A DNA stretch of 63,794 bases, filler included, from Octopus bimaculoides (Eukaryota): assembly GCF_001194135.2 (NCBI RefSeq). It is 8 parts of 7 records of this genome, joined end to end, with 100 filler letters (N's around TTAATTAATTAA, not from the genome) between each part and the next. Parts side by side here need not be neighbours in the genome. Positions count along the whole stretch, not along the records: positions 62,067 to 63,794 come from NC_068991.1; 7 more parts are not named here. The stretch is one strand, 5' to 3'. How positions within the stretch are numbered: position 1 is the stretch's first letter; each line of letters opens with the position of its first letter. Of this stretch, positions 63,070-63,794 are shown piece after piece. Position numbers and translations under genes: made by a program. The notes below the pieces were generated by a model, which did not search any database, was not told where the DNA came from, and saw nothing but the letters and a program-made list of their open reading frames with translations.

Positions 63070-63488
63070 TAAATAAAGTTAGACAAGGCCATTTTATGAG
63101 ATTACCCTGGGTTTCATGTCTATAAAGTGCTTAGCTTTACAGTGTATCATCAGATCTCAAAACTTGTTGGTTTAAGGCCTCTCTCTCTAGTGAGTAGCCT
63201 CTCTAAAATATGGAGGAGGAAAGGACCTCGCTACTCAGTGTCAACAACAGGGGAATTCTTGCTAATCTATTGGAACCCACAAACTAACAGAGTCACTTGC
63301 AATTGGTAGCCAAAGGGTGACAATCCCCTGTTGCTGACATTGAGTAGCGAGGTCCTTTGCTCCTTCATAGTCAAGTGAGGGCTTAAGCCAACAGGTTTTG
63401 AGATCTGATGATATGCCATAAAGCCAAGTGCTTTATGGATATGAAAACCAGGATAAACCCATAAACCGGCCTTATCTAACTTTATCTG
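63070..63488. mobile_element. Tc1/mariner-type MITE with ~180-bp TIRs and TA TSD
   Basis: Arms about 63070-63257 and 63323-63488 are reverse complements; right end CTG-TA. Confidence 0.85.
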
Positions 63489-63556
63489 TATTATACACTG
63501 CTCTATAACTTAGAGTGTGCTTCTTTTTCAGATTTATGTTTTACCGACACTTTATA

Positions 63557-63794
63557 TCATCATCATCATCATCATCATCATCGTTTAACGTCCGCTTTCC
63601 ATGCTAGCATGGGTTGGACGATTTGACTGAGGACTGGTGAAACCGGATGGCAACACCAGGCTCCAGTCTAATTTGGCAGAGTTTCTACAGCTGGATGCCC
63701 TTCCTAACGCCAACCACTCAGAGAGTGTAGTGGGTGCTTTTACGTGTCACCCGCACGAAAACGGCCACGCTCGAAATGGTGTCTTTTATGTGCC
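63557..63794 (-). mobile_element. RTE-type LINE or SINE 3' end with (GAT)n tail
   Basis: Reverse reads gttggcgttaggaagggcatccagctgtagaaac...ggacgttaaacgatgatgatg. Confidence 0.6.

Overview
Repeat-saturated, gap-rich animal genomic DNA. The repeat repertoire (tRNA-derived SINEs, (TA)n/(CA)n/(TAA)n microsatellites, TTAATTAATTAA-padded N gaps) looks like an octopus draft assembly; this is inference, not a database match. I found no recognisable host protein-coding gene; the long ORFs in the track are N-run or microsatellite artefacts or decayed transposon ORFs. Recognisable content: at least four tRNA-headed SINE families (my labels A, B, D, E); L1/Tx1, R4/Dong, Penelope and RTE-type retroelement fragments; mariner remnants; several MITEs. 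Most notable observations: (1) an orphan 28S rRNA fragment whose homology stops at the R2 retrotransposon target site and runs into a sequence folding as an HDV-like ribozyme; (2) several Penelope-type minimal hammerhead ribozyme motifs, some in palindromic elements; (3) a SINE tail homologous to the 3' terminus of Tx1-like LINEs in the same window; (4) a foldback MITE carrying telomeric repeats; (5) a Pack-MULE-like element holding a mariner-class transposase piece; (6) a pri-miRNA-like hairpin. All folds and alignments were done by eye and none is experimentally or computationally verified. Boundaries of decayed repeats are approximate.
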